Source of the DNA: Octopus sinensis
Lineage: Eukaryota
Assembly: GCF_006345805.1 (NCBI RefSeq)
Contig: NC_043003.1
Location: 66,216,001 to 66,280,000, forward strand
Length of the DNA stretch: 64,000 bases
Reading direction: 5' to 3'
Of the stretch, positions 13,495-25,164 are shown in pieces. A program made the position numbers and the translations under genes. Below the pieces are notes generated by a model. That model worked only from the letters and a program-made list of their open reading frames with translations. It had not been told where the DNA came from and made no database searches. The number at the start of each line of letters is the position of its first letter. Position 1 is the first letter of the stretch.

Positions 13495-13605
13495 GTACGT
13501 GTGTCATTATTCAGTTAATTTCAAAATTCCTTGCCAATAGGGAAAGAACCGGTTTCTAACCTAGATCCAAGGCACCTTCATTGGAATTTCAACATCAAAA
13601 ATAGG
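13495..13605 (+). repeat. Interspersed repeat family E, 3' part
   Basis: ATAGGGAAAGAACCGGTTTCTAACCTAGATCCAAGG matches ~55030-55140. Confidence 0.7.
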
Positions 13606-13730
13606 GTATGTATGTATGTATGTATGTATGTATGTATGTATGTATGTATGCATGTATGTATATATGCATGTATGTATATATGCATGTATGTATATATGTA
13701 TATATGTAAATATGTATGTATGTATATGTG

Positions 13731-14063
13731 AAGGCGCATGGCTCAGTGGTTAGAGCGTCGAGCTTACGAGCATGAGGTTGTGAGCTCGAATCCCGGACCG
13801 GGCTGGGTGTTGTGTTCTTGAGCAAGGCACTTTATTTCACGTTGCTCCAGTTCACTCAGCTGTAGAAATGAGTTGCGACGTCACAGGTGCCAAGCTGTAT
13901 CGACCTTTGTCTTTCCCTTGGATAACACTGGTGGCGTGGAGAGGGGAGGCTGGTATGCATGGGCGACTGCTGGTCTTCCATAAACAATCTTGACCGGACT
14001 TGTGTCTAGGAGGGTAACTTTCTAGGTGCAATCCCATGGTCATTCATGACCGAAGGGGGTCTT

Positions 14064-14064
<1 letters not shown>
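13731..14064 (+). mobile_element. SINE family A (tRNA-derived)
   Basis: A box TGGCTCAGTGG, B box GCTCGAATCC, then CTTGAGCAAGGCACTTTATTTCACGTTGCTCCAG body; second copy at 6395. Confidence 0.88.
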
Positions 14065-14129
<65 letters not shown>

Positions 14130-14131
<2 letters not shown>

Positions 14132-14360
14132 TATTTATATGTATGTATTTTTATGTATGTATTCTCATGTATATAGTTCCATATCTAGACATGCTCATAT
14201 ATATATATAAGATGATAAACTTCTGGAAAGCTTTAGAGATTTTTACAGTTCCAGTGATGGATTGGATCTATAGTCTTCGAATCAGCTTTCACCTTTCTGG
14301 TTTTGAGAAGTCTAATTTCTCAAGATTGGAATTTAAAGGCGAAACTCAGTCTAAGTAGAG
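14130..14360 (+). repeat. Interspersed repeat family E, 5' part
   Basis: GATAAACTTCTGGAAAGCTTTAGAGATTTTTACAGTTCCAGTGATGGA matches ~54790-54970. Confidence 0.75.
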
Positions 14361-14389
14361 ATTCACTCGACCGATACATATGAGTGTGT

Positions 14390-14430
<41 letters not shown>

Positions 14431-14520
14431 TATTAAATGGTTACAAACCTTATTATATATTGCACACAGCTGAAACTTACTTATTAAGTGATATTTGAAT
14501 ATTTGGTTTGATTTTATTAT

Positions 14521-14565
14521 TACCACTTACATATTTCGACATCATTGTGTTTCATCAGACGTAGC
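14521..14565 (-). ncRNA. Hammerhead-like motif (degenerate)
   Basis: Minus strand GCTACGT-CTGATGA-A ACA CAATGA TGT C-GAAA-T AT GTA-AGTGGT; stems imperfect. Confidence 0.4.
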
Positions 14566-14682
14566 TAATCCAGAATAATCAATTCAACAAGAACTCGTGG
14601 CGCTTGTTTATGACCTCAGTAAATAAATCGTTTGCAATGCTTACTGTTATGCTTCAGTGTAGTTATTCAGGGTTAGCTTTAG

Positions 14683-14955
14683 TTGAGTCAACTCAAGGAT
14701 GTTGTGGTACAGGTTGCCGAAGGGACCCCTTTAGCTAATGAACTAAATGTGTTATTAGCACACATTCGACTGTAAGGAGAAATTAGTTTCCGATGACGAA
14801 ATACAACTGTAATTATCATATTTACTTCCACATCTACAGATTTTATAGAAAATGAATATCTAAGCCACTGTTATGATTCTTGCTGCTGTCCGTTCACAAG
14901 ACACTTGGACCGTATTCGAGAAGACAGAGGACGAATATCAGCAGTCTTCAATTGA
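14683..14955 (+). pseudogene. Coding-like relic or exon pair (unassigned)
   Basis: One frame reads LSQLKDVVVQVAEGTPLANELNVLLAHIRL*GEISFR*RNTTV...DFIENEYLSHCYDSCCCPFTRHLDRIREDRGRISAVFN*; both stops fall inside a possible 68-nt gt..ag intron (14772-14839). Confidence 0.25.
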
Positions 14956-17071
14956 ACATTTATTTGACTGTGCAGCCTTCTGTTACAACAATAGTGTAGC
15001 GACAACCTTGTTTACAGATAACATTTATACATCCAAATGGAGTCCAATAAATGGAAAATTATCTCAAAATGTAATTTGGTCCCTAACTGTTTCTCTCTAG
15101 ATGTTAAGTTCTGGTGAAGTATTCTTTAAGTTATCACATATACATTTTGTTCCCAATTCCAAAATATAGAAAACTATGAGGTCACCTATCTTCATGGCAA
15201 TTTCTTTTCATATAGTTAGTAGGAAAAGACTGCTCTGTAATAGTAGAGAGGGAGGAAGGAACTTATCCACAAACCGTAGGCATGGCATGAATACGTACAA
15301 CAGAGTGGCCTCTGCTCACCATGCTGAAGAGCGTATGGTGCTGTTTTATTATTTCTAACTTCCAAACAGACTGCAACTGGTCCTCAATTAAAAACGTAGT
15401 ATCAGAACAAAAACCGCGACGTAGCCTCTCCTCCGACCCTGTAATATTTCTGCCAGACCACATTTCGCTTGTTTGTCAACCACGGAAGTATGAAAGGCAA
15501 AGTTAACTTCGGCGAGATATTATTTTAGGTGTAATGGATTTCAATTGAAAATGCTAAGAGTCGGAATAAATGTTACCACTTTGTCGCTTTGTAAAAGTTT
15601 GAACAAGTTCACGGGCCCCAATGCAGTTAACCAATGACTGGTTAGATTTGGCAATTTCGCGATAGCTAATACAATAGTTAACTTCTGTTGATTTTATCCT
15701 CGTTACAATTGGGATCTCTGCCCAGATGACCGAGATTATAATTGTTCTTCTAGTTGTATGAAATATTCTACATTTTTTTTTAATGATAAAACCCTTCCGC
15801 GTGATATGGTAACTGTTTGCGATGCTGAGACTCTCTCCCTTTGTACCATAAGTTTATTGTGTCGCTCACCAAATATATCATATTTAGAGTAAGTTGGATT
15901 CCAGAGAACCGGATGTTTTGGAAGAGAGGAGAAGAAAGAATAAATGACTTTATGTAGAGCAGTAAATAGGCAAAGCGGCAATTTCGTGATATTTACATGA
16001 ATAGACATGATAAATGCCAAAGCTCCTATTCATTTGAAATGAGTTCCTTTGCCTGGGTATGATCTGTCTTTTGTCTCTGACATCAAATGTTAACTGTTGA
16101 CCTAAGGTTAAAGCAGTAAGTCATTATATTCACAATGATGGTTTTAAATACACTTCATACATAAAGTATTGAACATTTATGGAACGGTTTATAAGATTTA
16201 CTTCTTATATATATTTACTTACATTTTTATTATTTTTTTTGTTTCGTTTAACGTTGAGTGTTTAAAATCGTCTATCTTAATGTTCTTTATTTGTCTGCAC
16301 TTCTTTCGTAGTTATTGATGGGGACTTTAAATTGATGATAGCAGTCCTGATCTTGAAATATCGTGATGTCATGCAATTAGTAGCACAATAGATTGCAAAA
16401 ATAAGAAAGAAAGAACGAAAGGAAGAAAGAAAGAGAGAAAGAAAGAAAAGAATTACTGAATGGATGACAGAAGAAAACTTATGGCAAGACGTGAAAGAGA
16501 ATGAACGAAAATGTAGATAAGAGAAATGGGAAATAAAGAACATAAATAGGAAAATCGTAACATTATTAACGAGAAACTTTACAACAGGAGTAATGTAAAA
16601 TTCTCTCGTAACTTTAAATGGAACGCTGGGTCAGTATCAAAATGTAACCTCTTCGTGTAGTTTCGCTAAGAGAAAAATTACGCAGGCGGAGCATATCATT
16701 CTTCATAGTATTGATTGACCTGTGGCTTATATAATGCATTTCGAAGAACAAGGGAAGTGATATTTTCATTTCAAAGTTGGACTCATATCCCAGCTAAATA
16801 AGAGCTTCCACTCATTCTATTGTCGACATGTCCGTTTAGTGCCATTGTGTCTATATACACGGCAAATATACTTAAACGTACCATACCAATAAACACAATG
16901 TCGATTGATGTATTGATGTAGCAGATACATGTACAAGAGCTATGTGGAAAGAAATATTTAAAATGGGAGCATCAAACCCGTCTAATCACCAACTTACTTT
17001 TAACACACAACGTACGTCTGAACATAGAGAGAGAAAATAATAGTTTTAATATTAAGCAAAATCGACATCAA

Positions 17072-17450
17072 ATTTTGCACAAGGCCAGCAATTTCGGAAC
17101 TGTAGGTGTAGATATGTCCATCACATCAATCATCCTAGGGATCAACTGGTTCGTATTTTATCGACTTCGAAAGGGTGAAAGGCAAAGTCGATCTCAAAAT
17201 AATTTGAACTCAGAAAGTATATTGCGACGAAATACCTATTTCTTTACTACCCACAAGGGGCTAAACACAGAGGGGACAAACAAGGACGGACAAACGGATT
17301 AAGTCAATTATATCGAGCCCAGTGCGTAACTGGTACTTAATTTATCGACCCTGAAAGGATGAAAGGCAAAGTCGACCTCGGCGGAATTTGAACTCAGAAC
17401 GTAACTGCAGACGAAATACCGCTAAACAATTTTCCTAGCGTGCTAACTAT
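17072..17450 (-). mobile_element. SINE family C, dimeric form
   Basis: Same layout as 2294-2697; a partial plus-strand copy follows at ~17462-17620. Confidence 0.85.
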
Positions 17451-17746
17451 TTTGCCAGACAAAATGCTTAGCTACTTTTCGTTCGGAGTTCAAATTCCGC
17501 CGAAGTCAACTTTGCCTTTCATCCTTTCGAGGCTGATAAAATACGTACCAGCTGAACACTGGGGTTGATGTAATCAACTTACCTCTCCCCTAAAATATCT
17601 GGCATTGTGCCAAAATTTGAAAACAGTATTACGCAAAATCGAAATACAGATAAAAAGAAAAGCGATACAGTAGGTAAATCTCCCGGCTTCGTCGATTCAT
17701 AAACTCTTATACCCAAGCATATTTGACCCCTCCGCATACGGCAAAG

Positions 17747-17824
17747 ATGGCGGCTCGTCGGGAGGACTACAAGGCATGCATTGAGGTTTTGGAGAATAGA
17801 TCTGGTGAAGCCATCCTCTTGCAG
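17747..17824 (+). CDS. Candidate ORF start MAARREDYKACIEVLENRSGEAILLQ (host first exon or decayed LINE ORF1)
   Basis: aagATGGCGGCT start context in a locally CpG-rich patch; weak CAG|gtctaa donor or a frameshift follows. Confidence 0.25.
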
Positions 17825-17901
17825 GTCTAACCGATTTCTTCCAGAAAGAATTACAGAAGGAAATATTGACAGTGGCAGTAATTGGATCATAGTGCATTTA
17901 T

Positions 17902-18144
17902 CTGTAATCCCTCGCTATGTCGCGGTTCACCTACCCGCACGCAGTACATCGCGTTTCACCTATCACTCAGTCAATACATCGCGGATATTTCTGGCTCATG
18001 TATGTAAATTTATATCGCTGACTCCTCAGTATATCACGGGTTTCTGCGGTCGATATATATATATATATATATATATATTTAGATTCTAATTATTTCTTTG
18101 GGAGATTTTGGAACGTAACCCCCGGGATAGTCGAGGGACTACTG
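17902..18144. mobile_element. pogo/Tigger-like MITE
   Basis: Ends CTGTAATCCCTCG / CGAGGGACTACTG followed by TA; second copy at 46535-46758. Confidence 0.7.
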
Positions 18145-18257
18145 TAGTTCGATATTGACCTTAGAGTGTTGACAGGAAAAATATTATGACAAAAACTTTG
18201 AGACTGCAAATTTGCTTAAGCTCGAGCTTATAATAGCATAGAAGCACAAACTCATAC

Positions 18258-18288
<31 letters not shown>

Positions 18289-18340
18289 CTCACCCAAACA
18301 CACACACACACATACACATATTTATTACCTACACAACTAT

Positions 18341-18705
18341 TCTTTTATTCTTATACTTGTATCAGTCATTTTACTGCGGCCATGCTAGAGTACCGCCTTT
18401 ACTCGACAAATGGACTCCAGGTCTTATTCTTTGTAAGACTAGTACTTATTCTATCGGTTCCTTTTCGCCGAACCTCTAAGTTACGGGGACGTAAATACAC
18501 CTGCATTGGTTGTCAAGCAATAGTGGGAGACAAAAACACACACATACATACCTACATATACATATATATACGACGGGCTTCTTTCAGTTTCCGTCTACAA
18601 AATCCACTCACAAGGCTTTGGTCAGCCCGTAACTATAGTAGAAGACACTTGCCCAAGATGTCACGCAAGGAGGCTGAACCTGGAACCATGTGGTTGGTAA
18701 GCGGG
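18341..18705 (-). mobile_element. SINE family D copy
   Basis: Reverse complement of 47781-48195. Confidence 0.85.
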
Positions 18706-18718
18706 CTACTTTATTTCA

Positions 18719-18988
18719 TTAAGATTTGCCATAAAGGCATTACAAAGAGTAGCTTGCGAGCTGGACATATACATTGATGCGGGGAATGATGAAACAAGGA
18801 TGATATTGATGGGAGAAGACAAAAAGCGCCCACCGATTTTCTGCTTCTCTAAAACGTTCATTTTTTTTTTTCCAACAGGAAAAAACAAAACGGGGTATTG
18901 AACCTCTCACTATAGTTTTTACAATTATTGGACTTAATAGTCCATTACAAATAATAACATGAAATAACATACATTAAAATATTCAATA

Positions 18989-19029
<41 letters not shown>

Positions 19030-20390
19030 GCCGTGACGGCGTGCTAAACAGTTAACTTCCATACTACATGTTTCTGAGGACATGTGTCTTAGATGTGTAT
19101 GTGCGTGTGTGCGTGCGTATGTGTATGTGTGTGTGTGTGCGCGCGTGTGTGTGTACTTACGAAATGTGTTAGTGAATTGCGAGAGAGCTAATTAATATAT
19201 GCTTATTATATTTAGATTTAAGCATTTAAATATCTTCCTAGCATTTGTATTTAAGAGGTATTAAAGTGAACGGTCATAAAGTCATTTATTTTCATGTAGA
19301 TTATATTATCTAGCATATTTGCAGGTTTCACTGCTCGTATATCCTTACCTGTCTTTGCTTATTCCACTCTGACACGTGACTAATTTCTTGACGCCATGTT
19401 TGTTCTGTTTGGTGAGAAGAAATGAACAGAGCTTTAGGATGTCTACATTCTTTCCATTACAAACAAAATTCTCATTGATAGACTTGGAGACAAAAAGTAA
19501 ACATTTCGTTATCGGCCACATATTGACATAACGAAGACGTGCCAATAAGGGATGTTCACTCTGCAGTCGCTCAATATGCAAGAAATAGTGTACAAATCTA
19601 CCTCCAACAGACACCTGTGTTTTAATCAATAAAAGGATAGGTTTGATAATATTGTTATGAAATCCCTAAGACTGGATAATCATGATTGGAAAGCTATTGG
19701 TTTTAATATTCGGGTGGAGATGAAATATATGGAAATGTTATTAGTCAGTGTTCGGAATAAACGATAGGTACAAATTTGATAACATTTTGGAGGTAAAAAC
19801 TAATGAAAAGTGGTTTAAGTATCAGAATATGGTTCATGTGAAAGCGTTGGTAAGGGTATTAAATGTATAATAAAATTCAGAACGAGAAGCTGCTTTGATT
19901 ATATATCAACACCATTAATGTGAGTGAAGTGAGGGACCTCAAAGCAGTTTCCAGTATTGAATCATTGACAACGATGTTTTCAGAGAGGAGATGTGTGACG
20001 TCGATGACTTCGATAATAGCTGAATGTCATTGAAGCACATCGGACCGCAGAAGAGGCACTACGCGGATTTATAAAATTTTGCGTGAAATATTTAAACAGA
20101 AGTAAATGGAAGCGTCTGTTTTGATAGAAATATAAAGATATGTTTGGAAAAATGATTCTACAACCACATTGGTCTCCTGATATCAGCATAATCTTGATTA
20201 TAATACATAGCTGATACAGGATATATTTATTGGAGAGTGCCTGTTTGTTTCTAGAAAGTAGAAACAGTGTTTGTAAGAGGAAACGGGTAAGATATATGAA
20301 GTCTCTAAATCCACAAATATTCACAAAGGGGCAATTTTCCACCATATTTCTTGATTATATTTCATATTTCCCATTTTACATAGAGTACAC
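18719..20390 (+). pseudogene. Possible heavily decayed non-LTR ORF2 (endonuclease region)
   Basis: Broken frames FAIKALQRVACELDIYIDAGNDETRMILMGED, STSNRHLCF and LDNHDWKAIGFNIRV loosely follow the APE motif order; many stops and frameshifts. Confidence 0.25.
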
Positions 20391-20944
20391 TATAAGGTGA
20401 AAACGGAGATTATACCATGGCTCATGAACAGTTGAGATTTCCGTAAGTGAACAAAACGGATATCAGTCGACACGTGTGGGCCGCTGAAATCTTGCTACTC
20501 GTAGAGTAATAAACATGGACCTGAAGCATTTTTGGATACAGAATATAAGCACAACCTGATTAAGTAACCTCTAAGAGAAAAATACAGGTGAATGTATCTC
20601 TGTTCTACCTGACCACGTCCTACACTGCTGAGTTTTTCACAGGCTGACGAGACACGTCGTAGAGTTAAGAGTAAAGATCATAGCTCAGATGGTCCCGTTA
20701 TCCTCAATCCGTTTTCCCAGTAGAAGTACATGCAAGAAAGTAGGTTAAACTAAGCGTCGTAGGTACAGGTATGGGTGTGTGGTTAGGAAGCTAACCTTAC
20801 AACCACGTGGTCCCCAGTCCAGGCCGACAGCACGACCCTTTGGGCAGCTTTCTTCTACAATAGTCCCAGACCGATCGTGTCTTCCTGGGTGAATTTGGTT
20901 GATGGAGACTATAGAAGTTCGTCGTACATATATATATATATATA

Positions 20945-21140
20945 TATACATAGGGGGGGGGGGATTCCCCCCCAAAACCCCACGAAGACAGGTGGTGGAG
21001 ACAACAAATAAATGTATTAGTATAACGCTCGGGAAGTGAAAAAAGTCTTTAACGTTTCGAGCCTACGCTCTTCCACAGAAAGGAATAAGGAGAAAAAATA
21101 AAGAATGTGTAGAGGCTAGCGATCTATCATGGCGAACGCC
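20945..21140 (-). mobile_element. Penelope-type 3' remnant with variant hammerhead (CTGTGGAA...GAAACGTT)
   Basis: Family also at 22740-23040 and 62910-63055; motif at 21047-21082: CTTT-CTGTGGA A-GAGC GTAG GCTC-GAAA C GTT-AAAG. Confidence 0.65.
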
Positions 21141-21187
21141 GGTGTGTGTGTGTGTGTGTGTGTATGTGTGTATGTATGTGTGTGTGT

Positions 21188-21267
<80 letters not shown>

Positions 21268-21717
21268 GGTGTATGTTTTTGAGTCTGTGTAAGTCCTGCA
21301 ACTAACTATTTGGTTTGCTTACGCCACTGTTATTTCCAAGAAAATGAGAAATACATGATTAGAAAGATGCAAGTATAGGAATCTAATCTGGGGTGGAAAA
21401 TAAATATCCCGCAAGGGTGTAAGGATGAGTGTTTCGAAAGTTGAAACCTGCGCCCTCTTATGATCTGAGTGCCACACTCCAAAACGGAAAGGTGGGGATT
21501 TAGATTAGCAACGATGTAGAATCGCGGTTTCGAATAAGAACAATAATAGGCATGCACGCGCGTGGATGTGTAGACTCACGCCGAAACACAAAGAGAGAGA
21601 GAGAGAGAGAGAGAGAGAATCTGACAGACAGACGGAGAGACAGTCAGACAGACAAACAGAGAAATAGAAAGAGACAAAGATTTCACAAATTCCGTTTGGT
21701 ATTGATTTTTTAAAATA

Positions 21718-21860
21718 CATTATTTACATTTGATGGATATTTATCGTTATCTTGTCTGTTGTTAATACAACGTTTCGGCTGATGTACCCTCCAGCCTTCA
21801 TCAGGTGATTTGGGGAAATTTCGAACCTGGGTTCTCATTCTTAAGGTAATTTTCGATGTT
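21718..21860 (-). mobile_element. Hammerhead-bearing repeat tail (same family as 44572-44820)
   Basis: Minus strand CAC-CTGATGA A-GGCTG GAGGGTACAT CAGCC-GAAA C GTT-GT at 21766-21808; preceded on that strand by an (AAT)n tract. Confidence 0.75.
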
Positions 21861-21864
21861 GTTG

Positions 21865-21928
<64 letters not shown>

Positions 21929-21965
21929 CATCATTATCATCATCATCATCATCATCATCATTATT

Positions 21966-22193
21966 AAGGCGGCGTGCTTAAGGCGTTGAAATAGCTGAAT
22001 CGTTAACACGCTGGATGTAATGCTTAGTGGTATTTCGCCCGTCGCTATGTTCTTTGTGTCAAATTCCGCCGTTGTCGACTTACATCTTTTCAGTGACGGT
22101 AAATCAAATACCAGTTGTGTACTGGGGTCAATGTAATCCACTTAAACTCTCTCACAAAATTTCAGTCCTTGTACCTATAGTAGAAAAGATGAT
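21966..22193 (+). mobile_element. SINE family C copy
   Basis: AAGGCGGCG head directly after an ATT/ATC tract; diverged body. Confidence 0.8.
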
Positions 22194-22600
22194 TATGAGT
22201 TGCTATAAAATAAACATTAATATGTGTGTGTGCGCGTATGAACGTACGCCTGTATTGGTGCAAGCGTTTAAAAATACTGCTTTCGACCATGTAACCTTAG
22301 GTACAGTCCCGCTGCATCGTACATTGGACCAATGACTTAAAATATTGATAGCCCCCATGTCAACTAACGCCTAGTGTAAATCGATTTGGTTGACGGAAAC
22401 TGAAAGAAGCTTGTTGCATTTAATATGTACGACTTGTTTGTATTTATCTGGCTTGCATTACACTGTATGTTTGTTCACGTTTTTGTAAACCTGCAGTTCG
22501 TCAAAAGAGGGTGATAAAATAAGCACTAGTTTAAAAAAAAACAACTTAAGAACTGGGCTCGATTTAGGCGCAGCAATAAGGCGGTCCCTTGACTGATAAG

Positions 22601-22666
<66 letters not shown>

Positions 22667-22739
22667 ATAGATAGATAGATAGATAGATAGATGAGTGATT
22701 GTATATGTATGTGCATATATATATATATACATATACATA

Positions 22740-23040
22740 CATATATAACGGGAAGCTTTATGAAAATAAACAAAAGACGAAGGCAGGTGGAAAACAAACG
22801 AACAATTGTATTAGTATGGCGCTCAGGAAATATAAATAAAACAAGTCTTTAACGTTTCGAGCCTACGCTCTTCAACAGAACGATACACAGAGAGAGAAAA
22901 ACACAGAAAGAAGGAGAGAAAAAAAATGCGTGCAGTAGCTAACGAATCAACATGGCGATCTGATTTCGGCCAGAGGTCAAAGATCAAACATGAGACGCGA
23001 GAGCGAAATAAGGGGAGATAATAGGGTTGATAAATGGGTT
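22740..23040 (-). mobile_element. Penelope-type 3' remnant with variant hammerhead (CTGTTGAA...GAAACGTT)
   Basis: Matches 20945-21140; motif at 22847-22882. Confidence 0.65.
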
Positions 23041-23059
23041 GAGGGACCAGCTAAAAGTG

Positions 23060-23400
23060 CGTGGGAGGGGTCTGGATGTGTGTATGTATAGGGTTGGTAT
23101 GTATTAGTATGTATAAGGGTGTGTGTGTGTGTTTGTTGTGTGTGTGTGTGTGGTGTATGAGAGAGTATTACTGCGTAAGATTGGTCTGGACGTGCGTATG
23201 TATGGGGTTGGTGTATGTATTAGTATGTATTAGTATGTATTAGTACGTATTGGTATGTATAGGTATGGTGTGTGTGTGTGAGAGAGTATAAGTGCGTATG
23301 CGGGGTCTGGACGTGTGTATGTATAGGGTTGGTGTAAGTATTAGTATGTACTAATATGTATTAGTACGTATTAGTATGTATTAGTTGGTGTGTGTATTAG
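23060..23400. repeat. Three ~120-bp tandem units with a nested 10-bp GTATTAGTAT repeat
   Basis: GGTCTGGA(T/C)GTG(T/C)GTATGTAT recurs near 23069, 23183 and 23304. Confidence 0.85.
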
Positions 23401-23444
23401 TATGGCACATCATATGTGATGTGATGTGTAAAGTCATTGTGGTG

Positions 23445-23735
23445 TAGTGAGGAGAAGAGGGGGAGGGGGAGAAGGGGAGGGGAAGAAGAGGGGGAGGAGA
23501 GGGGGAAGAGGAGAGGATGGGGGAGAAGGAAGGGGAGGAGGGGGATGAAGGAGGAAAGAGGGAGAGGGGGAGAGAGGGGAGTGGGAGCAGAGGGAAGGGG
23601 AAGAGGGAGGGAGAAAGAGGGAAGAAGGGAAGGGGAGTAGGGGTGAAAGGATGAAGGACTGAAGAAGTAGGGGTCGGGGGAGGAAAGGATAGGTGAGGAG
23701 GGGGAGAGGGGGGTTAGATGAGGAGGGGGGAGAGT
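23445..23735 (+). repeat. Polypurine (G/A) low-complexity tract
   Basis: About 290 nt almost entirely G and A with many G3-G6 runs. Confidence 0.95.
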
Positions 23736-23772
23736 TGAGACCAAATGGCGTATAAATATATATGTATATATG

Positions 23773-23813
<41 letters not shown>

Positions 23814-24480
23814 GTATATATCCAATTTTCTCACCCTTATTAATTGATTATATATATGTATATATATATATGTATATATATATATGTATATATACAAATT
23901 TGTTGTTTATTTTTTAGATAGATGTTTTAAAAATATAGAACAAAGAGAAAAAGAAATTAACCCAGTTGCTGTATGCTTGCCATCTTCCACGAAAATTAAG
24001 CGAGAGAACCATCAATTAATAAATGTGAACTATTAAAAGTGAGTGTAATAAATGTTAATTGATATACACAGCAGACACATTTACAATAATAACGACCTTA
24101 CAGTGAATAAACAGATGTTGTTAGTCATTCATACATTACTAAATATCAGAATGTATGCGCGTAAGCATGAATGGATAAGTAACGCCCTGGTAGATGGCAA
24201 TAAATAACCGATGCTTATAAGTTGGAGAATCTTTGCTATTGTTCGTGTGAGTGTTTTCCGTTGAGAATAACCTGGTAAATTTTCTCTGGAGTTGCTTTGC
24301 GAACATTGGTCGTACATCATGTGAAGGAAATTTTAGGAAAACTTTCCATTTCAGTCCTGTTGTTATATAAATTGCAAATATTTTCCTCAGTTCATATCTT
24401 GCAGACAAAATTATTCAAACTTTTTTTAAATTTTGATGCCATAAAAGCAAAACTCAAATTAATTGTTCCTTATTGTTTTA

Positions 24481-24527
<47 letters not shown>

Positions 24528-25164
24528 TTCGTTTTGTTCGATGCACTACAAGTATCTTCTATTAGATAAAATATAAACTTGCGAGAACCAAGGAGTTTAC
24601 TGACGCGGTTATTCGACTAATTAAAAATAGTGCAAAATGTAACTGAAATCATATCACACATTACTTTGCAGGGTAAAGTTCACTTTTAGTGGATTGTGCA
24701 TGGGTAGGAAAATGGTACGGTCATAATTAGAATGTCTTCAATGAAAGCCATATTCCGTGAAGGGGAAGTGTCATGGCCTGGTGTTCACGTGTTGCTTTAA
24801 CGATCATAATTTCGACTTCTGAACAAACGGTGTGTTGCGTTTATGAGAAAAAGACTTTAATTCACGTTGCTCTTGTTCATTCAACTGTAAAGGGGTCTGG
24901 TGTCTCATTCAAGGATAATGTTGAGATCTCAGTCTCTTATATGCCATGGGAACCATGTCAAGTTCTGAGTGTATGAATCCTGGGGTTCAAGACTGACCCA
25001 TTTCCACTACTTCCGTCATCAAAACTCACCTGAGCCTTAACAACCACCACAACAACAAAAATTACATTAACTAACATTGTTTTATCTCATCCAATGCATT
25101 ATCAGAAATAGGTCCATAAAAAAAAAATTTAATCAGAGATTTCTTTTAATATTTGAGTACTCTT

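Noticed and set aside
13731-13805. tRNA gene calls for SINE heads (also 26062, 44745, 47781)
   Set aside because: A/B boxes are present but I could not form a full cloverleaf, and each continues into a repeat body.
19349-19614. Minus-strand exon with CAG|gtaagg donor (94-aa ORF in the track)
   Set aside because: The acceptor lacks a pyrimidine tract, the peptide is unrecognisable, and the region is better explained as a decayed plus-strand relic.
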